Notes under the pieces: model-generated
Databases searched by the model: none
The model's input: only the letters and a program-made list of their open reading frames with translations
What the model was told of the DNA's origin: nothing
Shown here: positions 1 through 12,431 of the stretch, piece after piece
Position numbering within the stretch: position 1 is the first letter of the stretch
Layout of the letters: the number at the start of each line of letters is the position of its first letter
Translations under genes and position numbers: made by a program
Assembly: GCA_046563655.1 (NCBI GenBank)
Contig: CM102290.1
Location: 10,416,001-10,480,000, forward strand
Length of the DNA: 64,000 bases
Source: Yuukianura sp. NJ FZ-2021
Taxonomy: Eukaryota
Reading direction: 5' to 3'

Positions 1-790
1 TTACTTATTTGGTTTTTCATTGTGGACTTTGTTATAACTTAATTAATTGTAATCATTTTATACAATTATTACTTTTGGTCGTTTGAATTAACATGAGTTT
101 AACTTTTGCTTTTATTTAGTCTTAACCGTTTACCCCTTTTGCACCACAAAACTAGAAGAATTATGAACAATCAAATATTGAATGTTGCTAGCTTTACAAA
201 GTTTGAAAACAAAACTTACATAAAAAGATTGCTTTAAACATGTTTTAAACTTTTCAACATTTCAGGCTTTTTGAAAGAAAAAAAAATCTGGCGAAGTAAC
301 CCAGAAAGTGCGCTGCAAAAAAGTTGTATTCATCGCCTTGTATCATCGACATCATTTTGTTTGTAATTGAAATTATAAAGAAAACAGAAATCTGCTACAA
401 ATTGTTAAATTGTTAATAATTTTGATGAAATTTTAATTTTTTGACCAAACTGTCGAAAACAAAATTCTTTAGTATGTATTGGTTTACCATTCAAAAATGT
501 GATTCACGAGAAGTGTAAAAGTGTTAAAGCAAGATTTCACACATTTAAAAACTTTACGAAGTTTTTAGTTTAACTTGCTATATAAGCGTGACTAGAAAAT
601 GCTATAATTTTGGTTTGTATATTATATTAATAATAATTTACTTTTTACTTAAGTTAACTATGGTAGTAAATAATGTTAATATTCACCAGGTTTTAAAATC
701 TTATGTCCACACGGTCTGCATTTATGCCACGTTTTCACTTTGCTGCACTTTTTCACTTTCTGCTGCACTTAAGTTTAAAATTTCAAAATT

Positions 791-2053
791 TCAATCTGTT
801 CCTATTGATGTTGATGTCGTTTGAACACTTTCGGAATCTTCTACTTCATCAAACGTTGGAGCTATAGACGATGATGACGTTTCGACAACTATTTGTTCCT
901 TCATAACGTTGATGCTCTCATCGTGTGAGTTGGAGTCTGCTGCCGACTTGATCTCTTGACCTTGACCTTTGGAGGTTATTGACCTCTCTTTGTTTCCCTT
1001 TGGTGTAGAACATGTTCTCAGACATTTGCACTTGTGCGTCGGTGAGCCACCAAGCCCCGCCATTCCTGATGGGAAAGTGGAGCTTGAAGTGGTGGACGTC
1101 GTGACGTCTGGACTCTCTTCTTTTTTATACTTGACGCGTCGATTTTGAAACCAAATTTTGACTTGTTTCTCACTTAGCCCCAAGTACGTCGCGATTTCAA
1201 TACGTCGGAGACGGGACAAGTACATGTTCATTAGAAATTCCCGCTCGAGTTCTAGTAGTTGACCACTTGTAAATGCTGTACGCATTCGCTTTCCAGTGCC
1301 ATTTCCGTCACTTTCTTCCGGGTCAACAACCTCTGTTTTCCTGCCCTTTCCTGGTCCACTTTCTTCGTCTCCCTCATCGAAGTCCTCATCAAAGTCTTCA
1401 TGTGACGACTCAATTAGTACTTCTGCTTTTCTCTTGCGTGACCTCGCCGATGACCTCTCCGAGGTGGATGACCCCACCGGTTCTGCCTTGAGCTGCCGTT
1501 GGCCTCTGTCGCTTTCAAGTTGACTGAAGAACTTTGGAGCCTTAACCTTCTGACCTCCCACCTTTTCTGGAGGAGTCTCAGATTTGTCAGGGCGTGGAAG
1601 GAGTTCTGGAGTACTGAAAAACTGCCCACTGAAAGGAGTCGAGTGGCTGTACAAATTGCTTCCGGTTTGAACTCCGCAAGTTGGGAACCGGAATAACGAT
1701 GGATTGAAGAACGGGAAGAGTCCGGCAGCACTTTGGTGTGGATGCTGGAAGTACCAGTAGGCTGGCGGAGCATGGTGATTTTGAAGGTGGCCGCGACCGT
1801 GACTTTGACCGCTGACCTCTTCCGGGGATCCGGAAGTGGAATCTAGAACGTGTCCCCCAGCGCCTCCTAAGAACGGAATTGGACCCAGAAAGTTTGCAAA
1901 GTGTTGCTGATCACTGAAAACGTGGTTGCTGGACTTTGGCAGCAGCTTGGCAGCACTGGCAGTACTGTTCCGACTGCCGCTGGAACTGCTCAAATCAGCG
2001 TCCCGCTTCGGCTGCTTGATGAGCGAGTCAACGAAGAAAGAGCGTGATGACAT
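791..2053 (-). CDS. ind: Gsx/ind (intermediate neuroblasts defective) ParaHox homeobox transcription factor, single exon, ~420 aa
   Basis: N-terminal [12 protein letters not shown] matches the Gsx-type SNAG/eh1 repression motif. Homeodomain [57 protein letters not shown] is Gsx class and is followed by [11 protein letters not shown] at 2053; the ORF is uninterrupted. Confidence 0.95.
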   Translation of the reverse strand: MSSRSFFVDSLIKQPKRDADLSSSSGSRNSTASAAKLLPKSSNHVFSDQQHFANFLGPIPFLGGAGGHVLDSTSGSPEEVSGQSHGRGHLQNHHAPPAYWYFQHPHQSAAGLFPFFNPSLFRFPTCGVQTGSNLYSHSTPFSGQFFSTPELLPRPDKSETPPEKVGGQKVKAPKFFSQLESDRGQRQLKAEPVGSSTSERSSARSRKRKAEVLIESSHEDFDEDFDEGDEESGPGKGRKTEVVDPEESDGNGTGKRMRTAFTSGQLLELEREFLMNMYLSRLRRIEIATYLGLSEKQVKIWFQNRRVKYKKEESPDVTTSTTSSSTFPSGMAGLGGSPTHKCKCLRTCSTPKGNKERSITSKGQGQEIKSAADSNSHDESINVMKEQIVVETSSSSIAPTFDEVEDSESVQTTSTSIGTD

Positions 2054-5000
2054 GATAGACACACGCAAGTAAAGGGGTTGAGTATGGAACTGACAGTCGT
2101 GGACTCACCTCCACTTGAATTTTATTTGATTCCGGTGGGACTCGAACCCGCGACTGAATTGGATTAGACTCTAGTGAAGTTTTGAATATCCCGCGGAGGC
2201 AGAAGCCATGCCCTATGTAAATAGGATTGGTTGCTACCCTCACCCTGATCCAACCCCTTCAATCCCAAACAACTTCCCACCCCAAAAGCAAGTTAGAAAC
2301 CACAGGAGACAGGAACCACCCTGCCACTACTTATGGTGTAGTATGCTCAAGCATCCACTTCACGGAATACTTTCACCAATTACTTTCCAATTAACGGTAT
2401 TTTACAACGGAAGTTGTAGTCATCGCATGGTGAAAGCATGGCCTTACCTGAAGGGATTACTGTGTTTGTTCTGATAGAATTCGCGTAGAGTATAAGCACG
2501 CGAATTCTAACCATACATTTTTTTTGACAACTTTCACCAATTCTTAACTTTCAAAACTTGCGTCGTCAATTGCCTTCCGTTCAAAATTTGTTCCATACTA
2601 TTTGTTAACATTCAAAATTTTGTCCAGTTTCCTAATATTTAAAATTTCGGCCAGAATTTTCCAAACTTTTAGAACTTTCCTCATTTTCAAGAATTACGAT
2701 GGTTAATCCGCTGTAGTCAACTCTATACTTATACTGTAAGTATTTGAATACGGGCGATGACCGTAATGGTTGTAACGTTTTTCTTATTTTAGTAAAATTT
2801 TGAAAAATGAATGCAAGATAACTAAGTTTAAGTTCCAGGTTTCACATCACCTTAAGTTCACTTGTTAGGTTAACGTTTGATGTAATGGGCGTTTTATAGG
2901 TTTACACCTTCAATTTATCTGCATAAGCCTAGCAACAACTTTTTTTTTTGCATTTTCCTTTTGAAAACTTGGAAAAAATTAAATGTAAAAACGAATTTAA
3001 TAACGTTAAGCGTAAAGTGCTAAGCGATCCACATCAACGGTTAATAACATCCGTCCTACCGCAAAGTTACTTATGACGTAACAGCTCATAAATGTCATTT
3101 TGTTTCTAAAAAAAAGTGTTTTTGAAAAAAGTGGAGCAAAATTGATTGTAAATTAAGTTGGCATGTTGAAGTGGTTTATGAATAAATTGTTTCTACTCGT
3201 AAGTGTTGTTGTAGTCTAACGGTAAGTGGACAAGTACTGGCCCCCTTCCACGTCCATTGTTCTTAAAGTGGCTTACTTTTAGTCAGTCGAAACAAAAGTT
3301 CCAACTTCTGGAAGGGACTGAATTTTTGATGAAGTTTTTGAACAAATTGAAAACAGGGGTTGAACAGGGGGGGGGGGATTGAAAATTGAATAAGTTGACA
3401 TTAGGCATTTAGGTTCTGAAACAGTTGTAGAAAAGTATGAGTCCATTAGGGGCTAATCAATTGCCAAACTTTGGTGGGTCAATTAGTTGAATCAGGTGAA
3501 GGAAATGAGCCTATGAATAAATCAAACGAATTTTCCTTTGCATCCGAATTCAAAACTTCGTGCTTCATCGCTCCCAGCGTTCTTTTGGATAATCACTGGT
3601 TAGAGAGGTTTTCCTTGGATTTGAATTTTCCCCCTCTCGCGTTGCCAAACGCTATTTTTCTTTTTCTAAAATGTGTATCATCTTCCTGGATCAGAACGGA
3701 TCAATGGAAGATCCTGTTTCGTCAAAAGCTTAAGTCTCAATTCAGGTGTCAGCAAGATTTAGTTTCAAGGGACTCATCCCTTTATAAGGGAGCCCTTAAA
3801 GGGTACAGCGATAGGGGTCAAGGGTCATCGTCAACAGGCCAGTAGGGTTACAGAGACGAATGATTTGACTTTGAAAAACATTGAATATCTGAAGAAATAT
3901 GCAAATATCCGTTTTCTAATGGAGTTTTATACTTTTAGTTGATACGCACTGAAACATTTTAAATTCAAATTATTTTTAATTTTGATTTTTTGAAAATGTT
4001 CATTGTAACTTTTTTTTCGTAATTTCATTTCTTATTGTAATGTTAGGTTATTGTGACCTAATGTGCGGGCATAACCTTTTTGAAAAAAGAAGCAATGAAC
4101 CACATAATTGTTCAAGTATGGAGCAACTGCTGCTCATTTTTTGAGCAGTTCCTTTTCAAGTGCTCAACAGCGGAAGAAAGTTCAATTCAATTCAACATAA
4201 TGGAAATGGCAGCGCTGCAGGTTTCTGCCAAGCGAACCGATTTTTTTTTCAAAAACTTTGCAAAATTTGAACACCCGTCATAAAAATTGAATAACTTTTT
4301 TTCAAAGTTACAAAAACTTAAAAGTATGAACCGAGAAAATGTCCAACACGATGCCAATCCCAATTTTTTTTAGCATGTAGCTTTCCGGCGTCTGGTAAAT
4401 TTTATTTTCAGCGTCTGGCGTGAAAATTTTTGTGTCTCGCCCTTCGCAATTCCCCTCTCCAGCCATTTGAAGAATTTTAAGCGTCAAAAATGTTTTAAAA
4501 TTTTGAAAATTTAAGTTATTCCGTTGCTGTTTCCAAGCTTGTTACTAGTGCCAACGGGGGGCAGACACCTGGAAGGGGTTAGATGAGATTTTGAGGGAGT
4601 GACATTGACCTGTAAGGGACCTTAAGGGCCTGAGAGCCCTTTGCTTGTGTCAGAGGCAGCCTTGATGAGTGGCCTTATTGTGTCCGGATAAGTATTAAAC
4701 CTAGTCGTAATTTGATCTGACTTGAGTAAATACAATGCCCTTCCCCTTGATCCTGATGATGATGATGATGATCCCATGGAAGCTTTGATGACTGGACGTA
4801 TGACAACGGGAGCTACCGGTTGGATACATCGGATCCAGTGAGGATCAGTTCCCTTTTGATTCAGAATTGGACCAAAAGAACACCTTTCGGAGATGGAGAG
4901 ATGCGACGAAGGGCCCAGGGAGCCCTTTGTCCCAATTCCAAAATCTTCCAACTTCCTATTTAGTCCTAATCAATTGTATCAAATCTCATTTAGAACACAA

Positions 5001-6638
5001 TGAACGGATCATCAACCCACCTCCAACGTCCAATCTCCGCATCTTAAATATCAATCTGTTTACTACCAATGTTCGTTTGAATCTGACCTACAAGCGGAAC
5101 TTTTCGAAACTTCCAAAAAAATTATTTTTTTTTAAGTCTAGTTTAACTTCGAATCAAAGTTTGACCACTTTTGTCAAAGTTGGTTTTAATTTTATAAGGA
5201 AATTGAAATCACTAAATTGAACATTAAAAACTACTTTGATGACCATATCCTTAGGGTTTGTTTTGTTCAAATAAATTCAGAACAAGAACACTGCTTGGTC
5301 ATGATGAAATGGAAAGTTGATTGTTGTGCGTGATGCCTTGGTTGCCCCCCTCTCAAGTAGGGGGTAATGATGCTATTTTCCAATGTAAATAAATCAGGGC
5401 GGTGTCTGGTGTTCCTGTCAGCAAAAGCTTAACCTTTAGAAACTGAGGGGGGGGGGGACTGTCCAAGGGTCCCTTGAGAGGGTATCATTGACATCAGACA
5501 ACAAAAGTACCCTCTTCAAACTGAAGATGACAAAGGGATGAGCACTAACAGATCACTACTTTCCCACATCTCGTCCACAATGAGTAACATAGGCTATAGA
5601 TTTTTGGTTATGTTCAGCTAAACTGTGCAAAATGAGCCCTTGGTTCCCTTTGGTCGTCGCACTTGCATAACGGACAGAGGCAATTGGAAGTACCCTGTGT
5701 CTCTCTGGATATGTTCTGGAAGGGTGTCGATTCCTTTCTGATTGTCACCAATACATTTTGAAATTGTACAATTCATTAAGGGTCCTCACGCTCCAATTAG
5801 GCATGGACCGACATCCGTATTCTGTTAGGTTAGCCTAACTTTAACCTAAGTGAATGCAACCCTAACCTAATGGATAGCCCAGTCATTCCCAAATTGAAGC
5901 CCATTTAGTACCATCCAGAGGGAACACTGGATTTTCCGAACGTGTAATAAGGGCAATAAATAGAAATAATGCATTAACAAGAAAGGCTTTTGGAAGCAGG
6001 GGTGACTTAAGGGACACCCAAAATGCTAATGAAACTCAGTTTGGCAGTGGCGTAGAAAATTGCCAAGCGTAGTGCTGAAATAATTCTCAAAGACTAAAAA
6101 TATCCCACAAGATGATCCCATAAATCTTAAGATAAATTTCAAAAATCTTTGGATCGAAAAGAGTAGGGTACTTAAGGGGTCCAAACTTGGAGCAAAAATT
6201 CAATACCTGTGGGAAAATTAATTCGACCGTGTGAGGGGTACTTGGACGGTGGTTCCAAGGCAAATAAGCTCAAAAATCAACAAGAAGTTTTGGCGTTCGT
6301 TGGTTGGTGGGACACGCGTCGTAAAGGTATTATTAGCCGTACGCAACTTCTGGCTGGTCCTTGGACAGGTAAACAAAAGAGCGGGAATTTTGAAAAGAAT
6401 ATCAAAATTCAAAGTTAAAACGAATTGAATTTATTTTACAGCCAACTTAACTAATGCATTTCATTATGTAAGCAAAGTAAAATTGTTGTTAGTATCTGGA
6501 TAGTAGAGATTGAGAATGAAAATAAAATGGTATTTTAAACATTTTTGAAAATGTAACTTTTAAAATCAATGAATTTTTTAAAAATATGTCATGCCAAAAA
6601 AGAGCATAGAAACTTCTTCCATGGGTAATGTAAGTTGC

Positions 6639-9600
6639 TCAAGAAAATCCCACACACTTTTGTGGAATGTCAAATGCGCTTGGGAAATTGGTGTCTATCG
6701 TTTTTTCCAGCTCCTGCGGTCGGATGTGCTTGGTCACAAATTTCGTCGCTCCCGCTTTCCTTTCTAGGCAAAGGTCAACGCTCTCCAGAACGTTAGAGTT
6801 GTTGAGGTTGGCCAGGTCAAAGTCTAGCTTGGCCATAATCGCTTCCCCTCCCTCAGCCATCCCAGTTGCCTGTCTAATATGAACTCTGAGGTACATTTCT
6901 TCCCAACTTTCCAATTTCAAAAACGATTCCAAAACTGGGATATTGTTGCTTCCAAAGTAGCCAATCACTTTCAAATTCGGGAAAATTTTTGAAAAGTTGT
7001 CCAAAATATTTTGATCCAATTTAACGTCTAAGCCCCAGTAAAACCTCACCAAATTGTCAAAAACAGGGAGCGTCGGTGTTGGTTCGGTTGCGAAAGAAGC
7101 ATAGTCAGACCACGTCTCATTGCTTTCGAAAGTGACATTGGAAGCATCAGCAGATTTGAAAGTAAACTGGACGCGGTCTAGATGTAAATACTTCAGCGAT
7201 TCGGTTGGAAGGTCTTCAATTTTCAACTCGGTACTTCCAACCGCATCAATGGTCAGGGATTCAAGGTCCTGCGCTTTTGTCAACAGCAAGTGGCCCAAGT
7301 CAACTCCACTGATGTTCATCTCCGACAAACTAAGCTGATGTAGTGACTTCGGAATTGAGCTAAAGCTGAATTGAGTTTTCCGAAGACTCACACTATTTCA
7401 ACAACATAATTCATTGTTAATATTAGCATAATAATCATAATGTAATAAAAATGTTTAAATATGTAAATATAATTGTAACCATAAGTTTCGTATCGTTTAC
7501 CTTTTCCATGTTCTTTCTGGATACTTGTTTGACGGAAGTCCGTTCAGGATCTTGTCCACATTCAAATCCGGAAATTCGGTGACGATCAACTGACCCTCTT
7601 CTGGTTTCATGTAAAAACGCCGAATGTTAGCACCAGAGACGTAAATTTCTTCGTATTCGTTTGGAAAATCCGAACTGTTCCAGTTTTTGTTTTTGAAAAA
7701 TGGAAAGTATGCCTTGAAATGGGTTGGTCGTTGGTCAAACTCGACGTCCTTCAGAATGTACGTTTCCAGTTCCGGAAGCTCCTCAACTGCATCAAAACCA
7801 GAGTCGAACCTGGCGTGGCGAATGTCCAGAATCTTCAACTTCTTGGCGAATTTCAACGAGTTCAGCAGAGTTGTTGCATTGACTTTCACATTTCCGGGAA
7901 TTGTCAAATTTGTCATTTCCAATTGGTCTGCTTTTGGAATTTCTTGGAAGAAACCATCATCAAACTCAGCTTCGGTTGTGGTTGACTCAAACGATGATTG
8001 TGTAGCCAGTAGAGCTGGGAAGGTGTCTGTGGGGTCAATGACCTCGGACGTCACTGTTGTCGATGGTGGCTGAGCAATCTGGTCAGGAACTCCGGCTTCA
8101 GGGTTTGTTGGAGCTTCCGTTGGAGGAACTTCGGTGACAATATACTGTCCAATTTCTGTCGGTGTGGGTGGAATGGGTTCTATTGGTTCGGGGTCAGTCG
8201 CATTGGTCACATTGTCATGAATGACGTCAGAGGTCAAGTTCTGTGTAGGAACGTTGAAGGGCCCTTCAGTAGCTGTTGTGGTTGTTGTGGTTTCAGTAGC
8301 TCGTGGCACTCGTAGCCCATCCATTTTGGAGGCTTTGCGGATCCAATTAATGTGGGGGAAGATGCGCTTGAAGGTCTTCAAAGTGGCACAAGCTGGGTCA
8401 GAAGTTGATGACAAAATGCCCTGCCGAGTTATTAAAAAATCGATATTAATTTTTTTCCAACCCGTAATAAGCATTGCTGTTGTTTTTTTAGTTTTTTATT
8501 TCAAGGACTAAGAATTCTGAGATCAAGAACTTACATAAATGAAACGAGCGTCTTCTCCGATGGACGTCGTAATTCCTGTACCAATTTCCTCAGGACACTT
8601 CTTAGTTCCTCGTTCTGAACAAAACAAAATGAAAGCAATTTGAAACGTTGGTTTAAAATTTCAATTAAAAAAAACTCTTGGTACTACAAATAAAATTACA
8701 TAAAGCTTACTTGAAAATGCACTTCCAGCGCAAAAACCAACAAAACGTGTACAATTTGCTGAGACCTTGACCTTCAATTTTTGGTAATGCTGTGGTCCTC
8801 TTGCAAACATCTGAATTTGAATATATTGAATTATAGTTTTGAAAATAATAAATCCTAAAATCTTCATTACGGAAAGATTTTAAATACAAATAATATTTTC
8901 ATACAACGTAAAATTAATTTTGGAAATTTAATTCAAATAAAATAGCAATCTATGACCTCACCTCTCCAATTGCTCCATCTTCCAATGCAAGTTCGTCCAT
9001 TTGTGCACACTTTGGAAGACATACTGGAACTACATCATGCGTCAATGTAAAATTTTCAAGCTCCAAAATTGCTAGGTCATCTGGGTCAATTTTTGTTCCG
9101 TTTTCATGTGGTTCAAATTCGACGTTTCTGACCTGAGACAAACAATGTCAAGATGTCAAGAGGTCATTGGCTAACGAATTTTCTCAGAATGTCAAAGGTC
9201 ACCGAACTTTTACCTTGTAGAGTGTTTCGGTGTCAGAAGGGCCTAATCCTACGAGGAGTAGGTCATGGTTCAGAACTTGTTCCATGTAGTCCAGCAAACA
9301 GTGCGCAATTGTAAGAACGTAGCCGTCTGCGACTAAAGTTCCGGCGCAAATTTTTGCATTCAGCTCTTTTTTGAGCATTTGATAAATCGTTGCGCTGTAT
9401 GTACGTTCCAGGCCATTTTCACTTTTCCTTGACTTTCCACAAACTAGAAAATTAAGGAACAAAGAAGACTTCACTGTGATTCGTACAAGTTCTTAGTTAT
9501 AGTGTTTTTCAATAAAGATTAATTTGAAACAGCAACTGGTGGATTTCCGAATTAAGTTAGAAAGTTAGAAAATTGTAACTTAATTCTAAAATATATTAGT

Positions 9601-10156
9601 TAGTTATATTAGTTACCATAATAATTAAAACTCTGTCATTACCAATACGGCAAGTAAAGTTTTGTTCACTCCAGTCTCCATTAGTACCACACGTAGAACT
9701 CGGCTCGCTGGACACATAAAACGGTTTGCACCGTACTTCATTTCCAATGTTTTGATTCTCTTCGCAACTCACTTGTTTCCCGGACATATCGATGCATTCA
9801 ATTCCCTGTAATTCAAAAAATGCATTGATTTTTAAAACAAAAATCACTTCGGTTCAACATCAAAGTTCAAATGTTCAAGCCCATATTCACAAAAAAACGC
9901 AAAAATCGTAAAAGGCAATGAAAAATTGAAGCATTGAACTCAATCATGTTTTTAGAGACAAAATTACAGAGAAATATGAGAATCTTTCTTTTCTTTTCGA
10001 GAAAATATGATCAGCAAAAATGTTAAAGATTTTGAAACTCAAATTTTTGATAAGCTAGTGGTGACTAACATGTGATACGATTGGAGGACAGTAGGATGCT
10101 GCAGCCAATCGTATTAGCACAAACGTGGCAAATACGGTTAAGTACGAGTAGTTCAT
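6639..10156 (-). CDS. Secreted multidomain protein, ~834 aa: signal peptide, Sushi/CCP, catalytically dead trypsin-like domain, Thr/Pro-rich linker, LRR-like C-terminus
   Basis: Eight phase-compatible GT-AG exons: 10156-10070, 9805-9643, 9443-9214, 9132-8962, 8810-8711, 8614-8535, 8420-7501, 7392-6639 (2505 nt). Signal peptide MNYSYLTVFATFVLIRLAAA. Sushi-like CPPI...C...RC...TCGTNGDW...C. Protease motifs CAGTLV..YVLTIAHC, DLAILEL, PVCLP, FCAG, HINWI. LxxLxL repeats near the C-terminus. Confidence 0.8.
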
Positions 10157-11020
10157 ATTTTTGTTGTCACTTTTACGAAGTCTGTTTTTTTGAAAGATGT
10201 TTGTCTGGAAACTGGCTCAAGCGAACTGTTAATTAAATTTAGTTTTCGTTAGGATTAAATTCATTTTGGCTTCTGCATTAGTCATGTCGAAGGGTTATAT
10301 GCTTATTGCCAAGTATGACAATGGAAATGACCTGACAATTCGGATTGCTTGAGAAAGCAATCAGTTTATCTTCAAACGCTGACTCAACCCCCACCATTTG
10401 CCAAAAGAATTGGCGTGAGAACGGAAAATGGTTCTGAAAAATTACTGAGACAGAAGTTTAGCTTATCAAATTATCCGATTCAATGGGGAATCAAATGTCA
10501 AAAAGTCATAAACAGTCAAGAATTCTACCACATAAGCATCATTTTCGAAATTTGCATCACTTTATGCACAAGAAATCAAAACACAGTAACTCCCCAACTT
10601 AAATACTCCACGATTTGTTTTATGATGCAAGTAAACCAAATAATTCATCTGCAATTGCTTTGAAACTTCAAGTTTTGCGGAACTTTCCAAAAGTTCTACC
10701 CAAGCGTTTCTATTTTAGTCAACCAATGGAATATGCTTTTATTCAAAAACTTTGAAATTAGTTTCACGGGAAATTGACTACGAAGGAGTTTCAATTTTTA
10801 GCTCTTATAAAAGGGCAAAGACTTGGGTTGACCTGTAGGCGTGACCTGGAAATCATAAGAATTCTCGGAAATTTTTTTTCGGTCAATTTCCATATTGTAT
10901 TTAGTAAACTTTTTCGTTTTTTTTTTTACTTTTAGTAACACCTGAAATAAGGATTAATGGCTAATTTCGATGACGAAATTAAAAAAAAAACATGACTTCT
11001 TCTTTATAAATTTTTCGTAA

Positions 11021-12431
11021 AAATTCATGGTTTCTTTCAAAATTTGACGAAAAACTTGATGTTCGATTTTGGAGTTTTCAGAATTTCTAAAAATTCTTCA
11101 TATTTTTTGAAAGTTTCTCGCGAAGAGATTAGGTCTCTATCGCTTTCCGTTCACGAGATATAAAATTTCAAAGTTTCATTTTAATTTTAAAAATCTTTCA
11201 AAATTCATAACTCGGGAACGGAAAGCGATAGAAAGGTAAACTCTTCGCCCCTGAATTCACAAAAATATGTAGTATTTTAAAAAAATTTAAAAAGGTACCC
11301 TCAGATTTTGACGAAATTTCACAAAAAACCATGGACTATAGTCCATGGTTTTTTTCAAAATTTGACGAAAAACTTGATGTTCGATTTTGGAGTTTTCAGA
11401 ATTTCTAAAAATTCTTCATATTTTTTGAAAGTTTCTCGCGAAGAGATTAGGTCTCTATCGCTTTCCGTTCACGAGATATAAAATTTCAAAATTTCATTTT
11501 AATTTTAAAAATCTTTCAAAATTCATAACTCGGGAACGGAAAGCGATAGAAATGTAAACTCTTCGCCCCTGAATTCACAAAAATGTGTAGTATTTTAAAA
11601 AAATTTAAAAAGGTACCCTCAGATTTTGACGAAATTTCACAAAAAAACCATGGACTATTATAGTCCATGGTTTTTTTCAAAATTTGACGAAAAACTTGAT
11701 GTTCGATTTTGGAGTTTTCAGAATTTCTAAAAATTCTTCATATTTTTTGAAAGTTTCTCGCGAAGAGATTAGGTCTCTATCGCTTTCCGTTCACGAGATA
11801 TAAAATTTCAAAGTTTCATTTTAATTTTAAAAATCTTTCAAAATTCATAACTCGGGAACGGAAAGCGATAGAAAGGTAAACTCTTCGCCCCTGAATTCAC
11901 AAAAATATATAGTATTTTTAGAAAATATAAAAAGGTACCCTCAGATTTTGACGAAATTTCGAAAAAATCCATGGACTATAGTCCATGGTTTTTTTCAAAA
12001 TTTGACGAAAAACTTGATGTTCGATTTTGGAGTTTTCAAAATTTCTAAAAATTCTTCATATTTTTTGAAAGTTTCTCGCGAAGAGATTAGGTCTCTATCG
12101 CTTTCCGTTCACGAGATATAAAATTTCAAAATTTCATTTTAATTTTAAAAATCTTTCAAAATTCATAACTCGGGAACGGAAAGCGATAGAAAGGTAAACT
12201 CTTCGCCCCTGAATTCACAAAAATATAAAGTATTTTTAGAAAATATAAAAAGGTACCCTCAGATTTTGACGAAATTTCGAAAAAATCCATGGGCTATTAT
12301 AGTCCATGGCTTTTTTCAAAATTTCACGAAAAACTTGATGTTTGATTTTGGAGTTTTCAATATTCGTGAAAATTCTTCATAGTTTTTGAAAGTTTTTCGC
12401 CACTAGATCAGATCTCTATCGCTTTCCGTTC
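11021..12431 (+). repeat. Tandem array of ~4.4 copies of a ~320-bp imperfectly palindromic unit with palindromic junctions
   Basis: Junctions CCATGGACTA(TTA)TAGTCCATGG end at 11348, 11670, 11988 and 12309, giving periods of 318-322 bp. The internal units are near-identical. Confidence 0.97.

Noticed and set aside
4622..5220. ORFs upstream of ind
   Set aside because: Non-ATG starts, low complexity ((GAT)n microsatellite), no splice-consistent model and no recognisable domain.
5825..5870. TTAGG/CCTAA motifs as interstitial telomere
   Set aside because: Too few and too degenerate; they fit a small inverted-repeat remnant better.
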